38,614 nucleotides of DNA from positions 1-38,614 of IMG/VR virus record IMGVR_UViG_2554235189_000017. One strand, written 5' to 3'. Shown piece after piece: positions 27,784 through 36,699 of the stretch (position 1 is its first letter; each line of letters starts with the position of its first letter). This DNA is from a virus. Its lineage: Duplodnaviria > Heunggongvirae > Uroviricota > Caudoviricetes. The position numbers were made by a program, and so were the translations under genes. The notes beneath the pieces are model-generated. The model saw only the letters and a program-made list of their open reading frames with translations, was not told where the DNA came from and made no database searches.

Positions 27784-28281
27784 TCACTCTCCTTTGATGC
27801 GAATGCCAGTGGTACTCATTCTCCTGATTTCCCAGAGCACACGAGGAACACCACCGTTTCCGACCGGATCGCGTTTACTCCGCAGGGCGACGCTTGATTC
27901 CGCCCAGCTTTTTCTTGGAGGAAGCTCTTTCACACGAACAAAACCAGCTGCGCGAAGAGATGCTCCTGATTCATCTGCCCGGGTGTACGTAATACAACGT
28001 TGATAACCCATAGCCTTTGCTGCCCGCCAGACAGCACCATAAAGCGCGCTGTTAGCGTTGCGTTCTCCTGTGGTACATGTGCGATTTACTTCAAGCGTTA
28101 ATCCATCGTCCAAATGTCGTGCAACAGGTCTACCGGCTGTCGCCACACCTATCAATTCTCCGGCATCATTTCTCAGACCAATGCTGAATTTATGCCCAAC
28201 AGGTGGTTTATTGTGTCGGTGATGTCTGGATATAAACGCCTTCGCAACACGAAGAGTAACCGGTGAAATCTGCACTCTCAC
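27784..28281 (-). CDS. Hypothetical protein (165 aa) ending in GIRIKGE
   Basis: GTG start overlapping upstream TGA; conserved HRH-containing N-terminal region; function unknown. Confidence 0.5.
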   Translation of the reverse strand: MRVQISPVTLRVAKAFISRHHRHNKPPVGHKFSIGLRNDAGELIGVATAGRPVARHLDDGLTLEVNRTCTTGERNANSALYGAVWRAAKAMGYQRCITYTRADESGASLRAAGFVRVKELPPRKSWAESSVALRSKRDPVGNGGVPRVLWEIRRMSTTGIRIKGE

Positions 28282-28856
28282 TCTCCTTTGATGCGAATGC
28301 CAGCGGCGCGTGGCACATTAACTTCCACGATGCGCACAGTTGGTTTGTACATCTCAATCGCTGTCAGCCAGTCAGCTCCTGTCATGCGCTTTTCCGCATC
28401 GCCATTAGTCCACTGAACCGGTACACCAATAGCCTTCATCGCGATTTCTATTTCCCCGGCAATGACGCTTTTTCCGCAACCAGTAAAACCAGAAACAACG
28501 ACAAGAACTTCGCCCTTGGCTGGTTTTATTTCCCGTGCTTCCAGTTCTGCAATGCGCTTCTCTGCGGCTTCCAGCTCAACTCTCAGCTTCCCAACCGTAA
28601 GAGCAATATCCTCGTTCTCCTGGTCACGGCGTTTGATGTATTGCTGGTTTCTTTCCCGTTCATCCAGTAGTGCCAGCACGGTTTCTGGTCCGGTCAGAAA
28701 TTTGAAGGCGTTGAGCGCATCAATATCTACACCGTAATCTTTAAGTTCCTGTTCACTTAACAAATCATCATCAGCTGGCAACATTAACAGGCGTTCCATT
28801 GCTGGAATTGCACGTTCCGCCGCCTCACGCAGTGCCTGGTAATTAATTTTGCTCAC
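28278..28856 (-). CDS. Ead/Ea22-like protein with Walker-A (P-loop) motif, ending in GIRIKGE
   Basis: N-terminus MSKINYQALREAAERA typical of Ea22-like proteins; GFTGCGKS Walker A. Confidence 0.55.
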   Translation of the reverse strand: MSKINYQALREAAERAIPAMERLLMLPADDDLLSEQELKDYGVDIDALNAFKFLTGPETVLALLDERERNQQYIKRRDQENEDIALTVGKLRVELEAAEKRIAELEAREIKPAKGEVLVVVSGFTGCGKSVIAGEIEIAMKAIGVPVQWTNGDAEKRMTGADWLTAIEMYKPTVRIVEVNVPRAAGIRIKGE

Positions 28857-29353
28857 TGGTTGCCTCCTTTGCGAAGCTGGGCAGCAAAGTCACGGATAGT
28901 GCCATCAAGGTCTGGACACAACAGATTGTCAGCAAACATCTCAACCCCCTGCGCCCGTACTTCAGCCAGAAAAGCATCGGTAGCTGGAGTTTCGCTGTGG
29001 TGTAGGGCATCGTTGATAATCATTGCAGCAACACCAGCCTGCCCTGCATCCGTGACCGACACATGCTCAAGAGTTACGGCCATTGCGTGTTTCAGCCCCG
29101 CATTCTCCGCCGCCAGCGCCGAAAACTTCTCGTGTGCCAACTTAACAGCCGCATCAGCCTGCTTAATTGACTCAGTCGCTCTCTGGTGGTCTTCGGCCAG
29201 CGCATTAGCACGCACCAGTTGCACTTCCGGTTGCGTTGCCAAATCGCTGATCAGCTTTGCCACACTGCGCATATCAACGGCACCACATTCTGCTTTCAGT
29301 TCCGAAGCCATCTCATGCCCGGCGGAAACTAACCCTTTGATATTACTTTCCAT
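28853..29353 (-). CDS. Hypothetical protein (166 aa)
   Basis: Coupled ORF in nin-like region. Confidence 0.5.
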   Translation of the reverse strand: MESNIKGLVSAGHEMASELKAECGAVDMRSVAKLISDLATQPEVQLVRANALAEDHQRATESIKQADAAVKLAHEKFSALAAENAGLKHAMAVTLEHVSVTDAGQAGVAAMIINDALHHSETPATDAFLAEVRAQGVEMFADNLLCPDLDGTIRDFAAQLRKGGNQ

Positions 29354-29414
29354 CTTTACCCTCGCTTATCCACATAACTTATTGATTACATTGATAACTA
29401 AAAAGATCGTCGAT

Positions 29415-29762
29415 TCAGAACTCTTCGATGTTCCAGCCACCACCTGCTTTCTTTGGTTTAACCGTTACCCCGATGATTCGGAACGGATACTGATCTGCGG
29501 CGACTTTGGTTTTCACCCTGGCGTCGTCGGTCCAGAATCCCCCTTTCACTTCGTGCAGTTCCATCTCTCCGGTGGCGAGCATCACAGCGAAATCGGGCGT
29601 ATAAAACGTGTTATCAGCTAACCGCAGCTTGATACCCTCGAATCGATACCAGGCGATTTCCCCTGCACGTTTACGCTGCTCAAGGTGCTGGCAATACGCA
29701 GATTCTGTTTTGTTCATCTGGCCTGTTTTGAGTCGACCAAGAGCCTGTATCTGTTTTCTCAT
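29415..29762 (-). CDS. Hypothetical protein, possibly DUF1064-type nuclease-like (115 aa)
   Basis: First gene after P; family assignment from memory only. Confidence 0.45.
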   Translation of the reverse strand: MRKQIQALGRLKTGQMNKTESAYCQHLEQRKRAGEIAWYRFEGIKLRLADNTFYTPDFAVMLATGEMELHEVKGGFWTDDARVKTKVAADQYPFRIIGVTVKPKKAGGGWNIEEF

Positions 29763-29765
29763 GAT

Positions 29766-29842
29766 TTACCTCTGAGGTAATTAAAAACCACATAAGACAC
29801 GAAATCAATAGAGTTTAGAATATTTTGTTACCCATCAGGTAA
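29766..29842. promoter_or_regulatory. Two operator-like palindromes (TTACCTCTGAGGTAA 29766-29780; TTACCcatcaGGTAA 29828-29842) in the P / nin intergenic region
   Basis: Both perfect TTACC-N5-GGTAA; the first lies 4 nt upstream of the start codon. Confidence 0.5.
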
Positions 29843-29879
29843 TTATCAAGGCGTAAAAAAATGCGCTATCGCGCTGGTA

Positions 29880-30680
29880 TTACTTGATAAATCCTGCCGC
29901 CTTTCCCCGCCTGTATTCCTCCATCAGCCACTGCGCCGGTGTTATTCCCCCAAGGGTGGCGGCGTTAGGCATGCACCCGAAACTTCGCCCTGGTGGATGG
30001 TAAACGTCTCTCCCTGTGTCCGGAGGTGTACTCATGGGCTCTGACTTTGCCTGTATGCTGATCACCGGATCGGGTATCTGCTGTCCGGAAGCCACCTTTT
30101 TCGCCCAATCATCGAGCAGCCTGCGCGCGTGTTTCTCAACCTCAATCTCGCTAAGCTGGCGCTGATACATTGCACGGCGGGTATCACATACGACCCAGTA
30201 CATAACCGGATGCCGCCACGGGAATCTTTCGGGACCACCAGGATATAAACTTTTTTCCTTGCTGTACCGGTGAAACTCCGCCATCACATCGTCAATGGTG
30301 ACACCAAGAACCATCTTGCTGTCTTTACACCACTTGATGAATTGCCCTGGCGACGGCCAGAACGGAGACTCACTGGCGCGGGCGTGGCGCATACCAGCAG
30401 AAACCTGTTCACGGGTTCGGATCCCCCCTTCGGCAAACGCAGCAATCCACTGCTGTTTTGCAGCAACTTCCTGCTCTGGCGTCTTCAGGTTGGTTACCAC
30501 TGCCGCCGGAAACAGTTGTTTCAGCTGTTTGAAAAGGGCATCAACAAGCCTCTCTGCTGACATGTTCACCACGTTGTCATTGTTGGTGTACTGATGCTCA
30601 TAACCTGACATGCGAGAAAGGGCTTCTCCGTCACGGTTTTGTATCGCGGTAAAAACGTTGTTCACAAGAAATCCTCCCAT
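29880..30680 (-). CDS. Replication protein P-like (helicase loader)
   Basis: GMRHARASESPFWPSPGQFIKWC closely parallels the lambda P motif as I recall it. Confidence 0.7.
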   Translation of the reverse strand: MGGFLVNNVFTAIQNRDGEALSRMSGYEHQYTNNDNVVNMSAERLVDALFKQLKQLFPAAVVTNLKTPEQEVAAKQQWIAAFAEGGIRTREQVSAGMRHARASESPFWPSPGQFIKWCKDSKMVLGVTIDDVMAEFHRYSKEKSLYPGGPERFPWRHPVMYWVVCDTRRAMYQRQLSEIEVEKHARRLLDDWAKKVASGQQIPDPVISIQAKSEPMSTPPDTGRDVYHPPGRSFGCMPNAATLGGITPAQWLMEEYRRGKAAGFIK

Positions 30681-31477
30681 GCTTCAGGGCTGTTCCAGTG
30701 CGGAACGTTGTTATCAGGTAATGTTGATTGCTTCTGTCTGCTAATCTGCAGCCGCCTTGCCAGCTTCTGCTCCCACTGTGCCTGATGGTATGCCTTACCC
30801 TCAGCCATCCAGTAAATTCTGAACTCTGCAAGTTCCTGTGCCGTTGGCAGACTGTCCAGGTAGATCCCCTGCAATGAGCTTTTCCGAAGAAAGTCATCTG
30901 ATGGCTGCCATTGTTCATGCATGACAAATTTGCCTAATTGCCCTGGCCCACCAAGAGGAACAAAGTTATTCATCACGGCGTTGTTTGCGCCGGGGTCATG
31001 ATGCACAGAATCCCCGTTTTTTGTCCTGCTCTCCCTCTCTTGGTTAAATGACTGGTTATATGACTGGTTCTGGATCCCGTTTTTGGGATCATTCAACATC
31101 CCGTTTTTGGGATCATTCAACATCCCGTTTTTGGGTATATTCCCGTTTTCGGTAACATTACCGTTTTCGGGTTCATTACCCCCTTCCCGGTTGCCTTTAA
31201 TGTTCCCGTTTTTGGTTATATTAAGAGAGAAAACCCGCACTCTTTTCGTCGCTCCCTTTCTCTCTCCGGTATCTGAAATAAGCCCCATTTTCATGAGCGA
31301 TATAAGCCCGGCCTGCACGGTTTTTTTATTCAGGCAAGTGTCTTTAACGAGGCGTTCTATGCTGGGGTAGCAGAGGTTATATTCATCGGCTCTGTCAGCC
31401 ATCGAGAGCAGTATGAGCTTTAATGATGAGCTGCCTGGATCTGTCTCCCAAGCCCAATCTGTTGCATGTCTGCTCAT
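30662..31477 (-). CDS. Replication initiator O-like protein containing the origin iterons
   Basis: N-terminal HTH-like domain, Asn/Gly-rich repeat linker (NGNIPKNGMLNDPKNGMLNDPKNG), C-terminal region preceding P. Confidence 0.7.
   Translation of the reverse strand: MSRHATDWAWETDPGSSSLKLILLSMADRADEYNLCYPSIERLVKDTCLNKKTVQAGLISLMKMGLISDTGERKGATKRVRVFSLNITKNGNIKGNREGGNEPENGNVTENGNIPKNGMLNDPKNGMLNDPKNGIQNQSYNQSFNQERESRTKNGDSVHHDPGANNAVMNNFVPLGGPGQLGKFVMHEQWQPSDDFLRKSSLQGIYLDSLPTAQELAEFRIYWMAEGKAYHQAQWEQKLARRLQISRQKQSTLPDNNVPHWNSPEAWEDFL
31074..31217. repeat. Origin-like iteron array inside the O-like gene
   Basis: Two exact tandem 24-mers ATCCCGTTTTTGGGATCATTCAAC (31074-31097, 31098-31121) plus 3-4 degenerate CCCGTTTT(C/T)GG copies. 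Confidence 0.7.
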
Positions 31478-31492
31478 GATTAATCTCCGCTA

Positions 31493-31693
31493 TCAGCTTG
31501 AGTGTTGTGGGGAGGAATTAATCATGATCTGCTTAATCTCTGCCCTGATGCGACGGTTTGATTCCATGGTGCACTCAACACAGTGTCCGTTGTAAACCCA
31601 GCGTTCACTGTCATGTCCGTGCTTACATTGTTTTCCGGTGTAATAGCGTTTAAGTCCGCGCTTTGCGGCATCAATACGTGTAATGATTTCCAT
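31493..31693 (-). CDS. Small zinc-ribbon-like protein (66 aa) between Cro-like gene and O
   Basis: CKHGH...CVEC cysteine pairs; start taken at MEIITRI. Confidence 0.4.
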   Translation of the reverse strand: MEIITRIDAAKRGLKRYYTGKQCKHGHDSERWVYNGHCVECTMESNRRIRAEIKQIMINSSPQHSS

Positions 31694-31773
31694 GGTAAGC
31701 CCTGTTATTAGTATTGGGATTACGGTTATTTTGTGCTGACACAAAAAAAAGATCAACCATATTTGGTTTTTTA

Positions 31774-31788
31774 TTACCTTTGAGGTGC
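31774..31788. promoter_or_regulatory. Operator-like site TTACCtttgaGGTGC upstream of the zinc-ribbon gene
   Basis: Same half-site pattern as the central OR site. Confidence 0.4.
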
Positions 31789-31843
31789 GAATAGATATGA
31801 AAAGACCGCCGGATGGCGGTCTACAGAGGTTTGTGGCTGGATA

Positions 31844-32074
31844 TCATGAGTAGAAGAAGTATGCCAGTTCTGCTTTTGAGCGCAGCCATTGTCTTGTTTT
31901 ACAGGCTTTAAAAAGCCCATTCATCAATACCTTACCTGGCATTTTGCGCTTACCTGTTAAGTGAGTCTGGATATAGTGACTCGTCGTTCCGGCTTCCTGT
32001 GCGAAGGCTTCACGCTCATCCGGAGTAAGTGCAAGCCAGTGCTTTTTGAAATCGAAATGTCCGTTATCGCTCAT
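31844..32074 (-). CDS. Cro-like HTH regulator (76 aa)
   Basis: First gene leftward of the operator cluster, divergent from the repressor gene. Confidence 0.55.
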   Translation of the reverse strand: MSDNGHFDFKKHWLALTPDEREAFAQEAGTTSHYIQTHLTGKRKMPGKVLMNGLFKACKTRQWLRSKAELAYFFYS

Positions 32075-32110
32075 AGCTATTGCCTGATATTTATTTCAGA
32101 TAATAAATAT

Positions 32111-32173
32111 TCACCCATAAGGTAACAAAAATCAAGGATAGTTACCTATGAGGTGCATTTACCTGTTGGGTAA
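32111..32173. promoter_or_regulatory. OR-like region: three operator sites (tCACC-N5-GGTAA 32111-32125; TTACC-N5-GGTGC 32142-32156; TTACC-N5-GGTAA 32159-32173)
   Basis: Three spaced copies of the palindrome between divergent Cro-like and CI-like genes. Confidence 0.65.
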
Positions 32174-32228
32174 TATTGCTTTAAATTGAATCATCTACTG
32201 ATTCATATATGAGGCGATTTTCCAGAAA

Positions 32229-32813
32229 ATGAAAAGTATCCAGGACGTCCGCAGGCAAAATCTCAACGACTTGATCGACCGTGAATTCAATGGTGTTCAG
32301 ACGCGGATGGCAGAAAAACTTGGAACTCAGGCAAATCTGGTAAACCGCTGGGCTCTTGGCAAGAAGGTTATCGGCGACCAGGTTGCGCGAAAAATTGAAG
32401 CTGCCGCCAATAAACCCCGTAACTGGCTTGATATCGATCGCTCGCTTTCTCAGGAAGGTTTTCAGCCTGTCGGCCCAAGCGACATTGGTCAGCTGGCGGC
32501 TCACAACCTGGAACGCTGGATGAGCGAAAGCCGCGACCTTTCAACACAGGGAAAACTTCACCGCGCATCCGGCGTCGCCCAGGTGACAATCAGCCGCCTG
32601 TTAAACAATGAGGTCAGCGTTTCCATTTCCACCCTGGAGAATGTTGCATCCGCATTCGGGCGTCACGGATATGAACTACTGATTCACCCGCACGACCCTG
32701 CGACTATCAACTATGACCGCTCGCGCTACGCATTGTTACCCGAAACCGAGAAAGCAAAGATCGAAAGTTACATTGAATTTGTCATCAACCAGAACGAAAA
32801 AAACAAACAATAA
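32229..32813 (+). CDS. CI-like prophage repressor with two HTH regions and no recognisable autocleavage domain
   Basis: 194 aa; HTH-like segments near residues 20-60 and 110-150; no peptidase S24 motifs seen. Confidence 0.6.
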   Translation: MKSIQDVRRQNLNDLIDREFNGVQTRMAEKLGTQANLVNRWALGKKVIGDQVARKIEAAANKPRNWLDIDRSLSQEGFQPVGPSDIGQLAAHNLERWMSESRDLSTQGKLHRASGVAQVTISRLLNNEVSVSISTLENVASAFGRHGYELLIHPHDPATINYDRSRYALLPETEKAKIESYIEFVINQNEKNKQ

Positions 32814-32832
32814 AATCATATTTTTCAGTAAA

Positions 32833-32858
32833 TAAGCCGCCTTCTGGCGGCTTTTTTA
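32833..32858 (+). terminator. Rho-independent terminator after the repressor gene
   Basis: AAGCCGCC-TTCT-GGCGGCTT hairpin followed by TTTTTT. Confidence 0.75.
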
Positions 32859-32869
32859 TTGCCTGTTCG

Positions 32870-32946
32870 ATTACCTAATGGGTAATTTTTTTAACTCATA
32901 TCTATTGACATCAAACCAGATACGCATAATTATTACCTCAACGGTA
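32870..32946. promoter_or_regulatory. OL/PL-like region: operator sites TTACCtaatgGGTAA (32870-32884) and TTACCtcaacGGTAA (32932-32946) flanking a TTGACA -35 hexamer (32904-32909)
   Basis: Operators bracket a promoter reading into the early-left operon. Confidence 0.6.
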
Positions 32947-32965
32947 ACAGACCGAGGTAACAAGT

Positions 32966-33121
32966 TATGCAGTGGAAAATCATCAACGGTTGGTACTGCG
33001 TTACTGCATGCGGATTCATGAGCTGGAAGTTCCGCACCTTACAGGAAGGCATTAAGTGGGCTTTCGTCAGCAAAGAAGCTCGCGATGTGGCCAACGATAA
33101 CGAGATATGGGAGGGCTGATA
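32966..33121 (+). CDS. Small hypothetical protein (51 aa), first gene of the early-left operon
   Basis: ATG directly after the operator; below the ORF-track size cut-off; Trp/Cys-rich. Confidence 0.3.
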
Positions 33122-33421
33122 ATGAACGTTAATCAGCAGAAAAATCTTCAAAAAATCATGCTGGCATTCGACAAGGACTACCGCCTGTCAGAACAGCTAT
33201 ATGACCGACAAGTTGAACTGATCGATAGCATCCGACTTCATCAACTGTCCTCAACTTTCGACGTTGTAACAGGCAAAGGCGTTCGTCAGGAAGTGCTGGA
33301 GGCTGCTAAAGACAGCCCTGAGTTCGAAGAACTGATGGATGCCTACCGGCGCGAGGCAATGGCAATTATAGCGCGCTGGGATCTGGCGGATCAGCTTGAT
33401 GGTCAGAGGGACGCGGCATGA
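33122..33421 (+). CDS. Hypothetical protein (99 aa)
   Basis: GGGAGGG RBS then ATG. Confidence 0.5.
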   Translation: MNVNQQKNLQKIMLAFDKDYRLSEQLYDRQVELIDSIRLHQLSSTFDVVTGKGVRQEVLEAAKDSPEFEELMDAYRREAMAIIARWDLADQLDGQRDAA

Positions 33422-34317
33422 TGCGGAACGCTGGAATCATGGATAGAACAAAATACATCGGAGGAAGCGATGTTGCAGGGATTCTTGGAATTAGCCCATG
33501 GCGCACCCCGCTTGAGGTTTATCTGGATAAGGTCCAGCCACGTGTCAAACCAGTAGACCCAAGCAAGCAGAAAGTTTTCACGCGTGGCCAGCGTATGGAA
33601 CCATACGTAATAGACCTGCTTTCTGAGGAAACAGGGATGGAAATCGTTCATCGCGGAAACCGCTATATCCACCGTGATTACGATTTTATTGCAGCTGAGA
33701 TCGATGCAGAAGCAGCGTCAGGCGAGAACATTGAGATCAAAACAGTTAGTCCGTTCAAAGCCAAAGAATGGGGAGAAATCCAGACAGATGCAATTCCTGT
33801 GCATTACACGGCCCAGGCCATGCACGGGTTGATGGTTACAAACAAACAGGTATGCGTTTTCGGTGTGCTTATCGGTGGCGACGACTTCCGAATCTATCGG
33901 GTTGAGCGTGATGAAGAAACTATCCAGGCGATCTTAGAAAAAGAAATCGCTTTCTGGGACCGAGTGAAAAATCTTAACCCGCCGGAAGCTACCAGCGTAA
34001 GCGATGTATCGCTGATGTTTGAGAAAGATGCCGGGACAAGTATCGAGGCTGACGGAAAGGCACTCGCACTATTCAACGATCTACGAGACATGAAATCACG
34101 CAGAAAATCACTGGAAGAAGAAATAGCTATATCAGAAGAGAAGCTGAAGATGTACATGCAAGAGCACTCAGTCCTGACCCTGGACGGAAAGCCGCTCTGC
34201 ACATGGAAATCTCAGATCAGCAACAGATTCGACCAGAAGCTATTCCAGTCAGTACACCCTGAGTTATTCGAAAAATTCAAAACAACAACGACACAACGCG
34301 TCTTCAGAATGAAGTAA
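33418..34317 (+). CDS. YqaJ-like viral exonuclease (lambda Exo functional analogue)
   Basis: 299 aa, YqaJ-family N-terminus, immediately upstream of RecT. Confidence 0.7.
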   Translation: MMRNAGIMDRTKYIGGSDVAGILGISPWRTPLEVYLDKVQPRVKPVDPSKQKVFTRGQRMEPYVIDLLSEETGMEIVHRGNRYIHRDYDFIAAEIDAEAASGENIEIKTVSPFKAKEWGEIQTDAIPVHYTAQAMHGLMVTNKQVCVFGVLIGGDDFRIYRVERDEETIQAILEKEIAFWDRVKNLNPPEATSVSDVSLMFEKDAGTSIEADGKALALFNDLRDMKSRRKSLEEEIAISEEKLKMYMQEHSVLTLDGKPLCTWKSQISNRFDQKLFQSVHPELFEKFKTTTTQRVFRMK

Positions 34318-34326
34318 GGAGAAAAA

Positions 34327-35349
34327 ATGTCTATCAATGCACTTAAGGCAGCGGCTACCGGTAACCAAGTTGCACATCATAATGAGAAACCAACAACTCT
34401 GGCCGGACTTCTGGCAGACCCAAAAATTAAAGCTCAGATGGCTTTGGCACTTCCAAAGCACATGACAGCAGACCGTCTGGCGCGCATAGCAACCACAGAG
34501 ATCAGAAAGGTTCCAAAACTTGCATCATGCGACCAAGCCAGCTTCCTGGGGGCAATTATGCAATGTGCCCAATTGGGTCTTGAACCAGGCGGAGCTCTTG
34601 GACACGCTTACCTGATACCGTTCGACAAACGCCAGAAAGTAAATGGAAGATGGGAAACCGTATCTACAGAAGCACAGCTGATTATCGGCTATCGCGGAAT
34701 GATTGACCTTGCCCGCCGCTCTGGGCAGATCCTGAGTATCTCGGCTCGTACCGTACATACAAACGACAAATTCAGCTACTCATACGGCCTGGAAGAAACG
34801 CTCGAGCATTTACCTTGCGAAACAGGTGACCGCGGAGAATTAACGCACGTTTACGCCGTTGCACGACTGAAAGATGGCGGAGTCCAATTTGAAGTTATGA
34901 GCCGGGCAGACGTTGAGAAAGTTCGTGCACTGAGCAAAGCCGGTAGCAGTGGCCCATGGGTTGATCACTTCGATGAGATGGCTAAAAAAACAGTAATTCG
35001 CCGACTGTTCAAATATCTTCCTGTTTCTATTGAAATGCAGAAGGCTGTTGTTATGGATGAGCGCGCTGAAGCTGGACTTAGCCAAGATAACGCAGCTGTT
35101 ATCACTGGTGAATATTCCGTAGTTGACGATGAGCGTCAACACCTGTCGCCAATTTCAGATTCAGAACGAGAAGAAGCTCGAGAATATATCATCGCGATAC
35201 TTAATAGCCTGGATCCATCTGCTGAAGATGCAAAAACGATGTTCAAGCGCGCTGAAAATGAAATTAACACCATGGCTGAAAAGCTCGGTGATGAATATCA
35301 CCAAAAATTCATGATGACGCTTAACGATATGCGTCCAGAATTCGAGTAA
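34327..35349 (+). CDS. recT: RecT-family single-strand annealing recombinase
   Basis: 340 aa with RecT-family core; paired with the YqaJ-like exonuclease. Confidence 0.75.
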   Translation: MSINALKAAATGNQVAHHNEKPTTLAGLLADPKIKAQMALALPKHMTADRLARIATTEIRKVPKLASCDQASFLGAIMQCAQLGLEPGGALGHAYLIPFDKRQKVNGRWETVSTEAQLIIGYRGMIDLARRSGQILSISARTVHTNDKFSYSYGLEETLEHLPCETGDRGELTHVYAVARLKDGGVQFEVMSRADVEKVRALSKAGSSGPWVDHFDEMAKKTVIRRLFKYLPVSIEMQKAVVMDERAEAGLSQDNAAVITGEYSVVDDERQHLSPISDSEREEAREYIIAILNSLDPSAEDAKTMFKRAENEINTMAEKLGDEYHQKFMMTLNDMRPEFE

Positions 35350-35398
35350 CCACCACCGCGGCGCCACGTGCGCCGCACTGCAACCAAGAGAGGTATTC

Positions 35399-35647
35399 AT
35401 GAAAGGTGCATTAGGTAAGAAAGAACTCCTGGCGGTGGTGCCACTGTCATGGAGCACTATCGACCGTATGGAGCGCGCAGGGGAATTTCCTAAACGCTGG
35501 TATATCACCGATAAACGCTGCGCATGGAACCGTGATGAAGTTGAGCGTTGGCTTGATGAACGTCAGGCAGCAAGCCCGGCAGAGTTCCAGGGTAAAAAGC
35601 CTCCTGTTCAGCAACGTGTATATCGTCCCGTGAGCAACGCTGCATGA
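35399..35647 (+). CDS. xis: AlpA-like excisionase / transcriptional regulator
   Basis: 82 aa; LLAVVPLSWSTIDRMERAGEFPKRWYI...WNRDEVERWL matches the AlpA-type HTH pattern. Confidence 0.6.
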   Translation: MKGALGKKELLAVVPLSWSTIDRMERAGEFPKRWYITDKRCAWNRDEVERWLDERQAASPAEFQGKKPPVQQRVYRPVSNAA

Positions 35648-35672
35648 GTGCGCTGCTAAGGCACTGGAGCAA

Positions 35673-35756
35673 ATGGTCAGGATGGTACTTATTCCTGGCC
35701 TCTGTTTCAGCATGGCTTTATCTGCTGGCATTAATTTTCAGAGAGGGTTGGATTAA
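35673..35756 (+). CDS. Possible 27-aa hydrophobic micro-protein
   Basis: GGAG RBS then ATG 35673; MVRMVLIPGLCFSMALSAGINFQRGLD; stop abuts the next gene's GTG start. Confidence 0.2.
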   Translation: MVRMVLIPGLCFSMALSAGINFQRGLD

Positions 35757-36056
35757 GTGAGAAAGTTAAGCCGACTTGAAAAATATCACATGAATAAGGT
35801 TTCAATGCGCAGTCCGTCAAAGATTGTCGCCGTTACTCCTGCGGCGATAGAGATCGAAAAACGCGCGATTGAAAGAGAGAAAAAAGGGCAATTCCGCATT
35901 GCCGCTCACCTTTGGCTTCAGTGTATGGATGTTGCTTCTGGTGATGTTGAACGTGCAAGGATCGCGGTTCGCAGGGACCAATGTATCACAAAAGGTAACG
36001 GCCTTCGCCGTGGCGACTATAGCGGCATAGGATGTTGTGGGGTGGTTTATGACTAA
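35757..36056 (+). CDS. Hypothetical protein (99 aa)
   Basis: GTG start after GAGAGGG; function unknown. Confidence 0.4.
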   Translation: MRKLSRLEKYHMNKVSMRSPSKIVAVTPAAIEIEKRAIEREKKGQFRIAAHLWLQCMDVASGDVERARIAVRRDQCITKGNGLRRGDYSGIGCCGVVYD

Positions 36057-36699
36057 GAAATACACACTAATCTATGCAGATCCACCCTGGGTATACCGGG
36101 ACAAAGCCGCAGATGGTAATCGCGGTGCCGGTTTTAAATATCCGGTTATGAGTGTGCTGGATATCTGCCGCCTTCCTGTGTGGGATTTGGCCGATGAAAA
36201 CTGTCTGTTGGCCATGTGGTGGGTGCCAACACAACCACTCGAAGCACTAAAAGTTGTTGAAGCCTGGGGATTCCGTCTGATGACGATGAAGGGCTTCACG
36301 TGGATAAAATGTGGTAGTCGACAACCAGATAAACTGGTTATGGGTATGGGACACATGACTCGCGCCAATAGTGAAGATTGCCTGTTTGCGGTAAAGGGAA
36401 AACTACCTACGCGCATTAATGCAGGGATCGTTCAGTCATTTACCGCACCGCGGCTTGAGCATTCAAGAAAGCCAAATATCGTTCGTGAAAAACTTGTGCA
36501 ATTATTAGGCGATGTTTCTCGCATTGAACTGTTCGCCCGCCAGACGTCTCATGGCTTCGATGTTTGGGGTAATCAGTGCGAAGACCCGGCAGTGCAACTA
36601 CACCCTGGATACGCGTTGGATATTGGCGGATTAACAAATGCATTCAGCAATGCTCCGCTGTCACCAACAGACAACCAGGGGCGGGAGCGTGCAGCATGA
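36049..36699 (+). CDS. MT-A70-family DNA N6-adenine methyltransferase
   Basis: YADPPW catalytic motif near N-terminus; ATG at 36049 preferred over the track start. Confidence 0.75.
   Translation: MTKKYTLIYADPPWVYRDKAADGNRGAGFKYPVMSVLDICRLPVWDLADENCLLAMWWVPTQPLEALKVVEAWGFRLMTMKGFTWIKCGSRQPDKLVMGMGHMTRANSEDCLFAVKGKLPTRINAGIVQSFTAPRLEHSRKPNIVREKLVQLLGDVSRIELFARQTSHGFDVWGNQCEDPAVQLHPGYALDIGGLTNAFSNAPLSPTDNQGRERAA

Noticed and set aside
28860-29621. 253-aa plus-strand ORF
   Set aside because: Antisense across two minus-strand nin-region genes; Ser/Ala/Cys-rich.
29766-29780. TTACC-N5-GGTAA sites being merely Shine-Dalgarno-like AGGT sequences
   Set aside because: Most copies are fully palindromic and several are far from any start codon, so chance RBS similarity cannot explain the family; this one copy does overlap an RBS.
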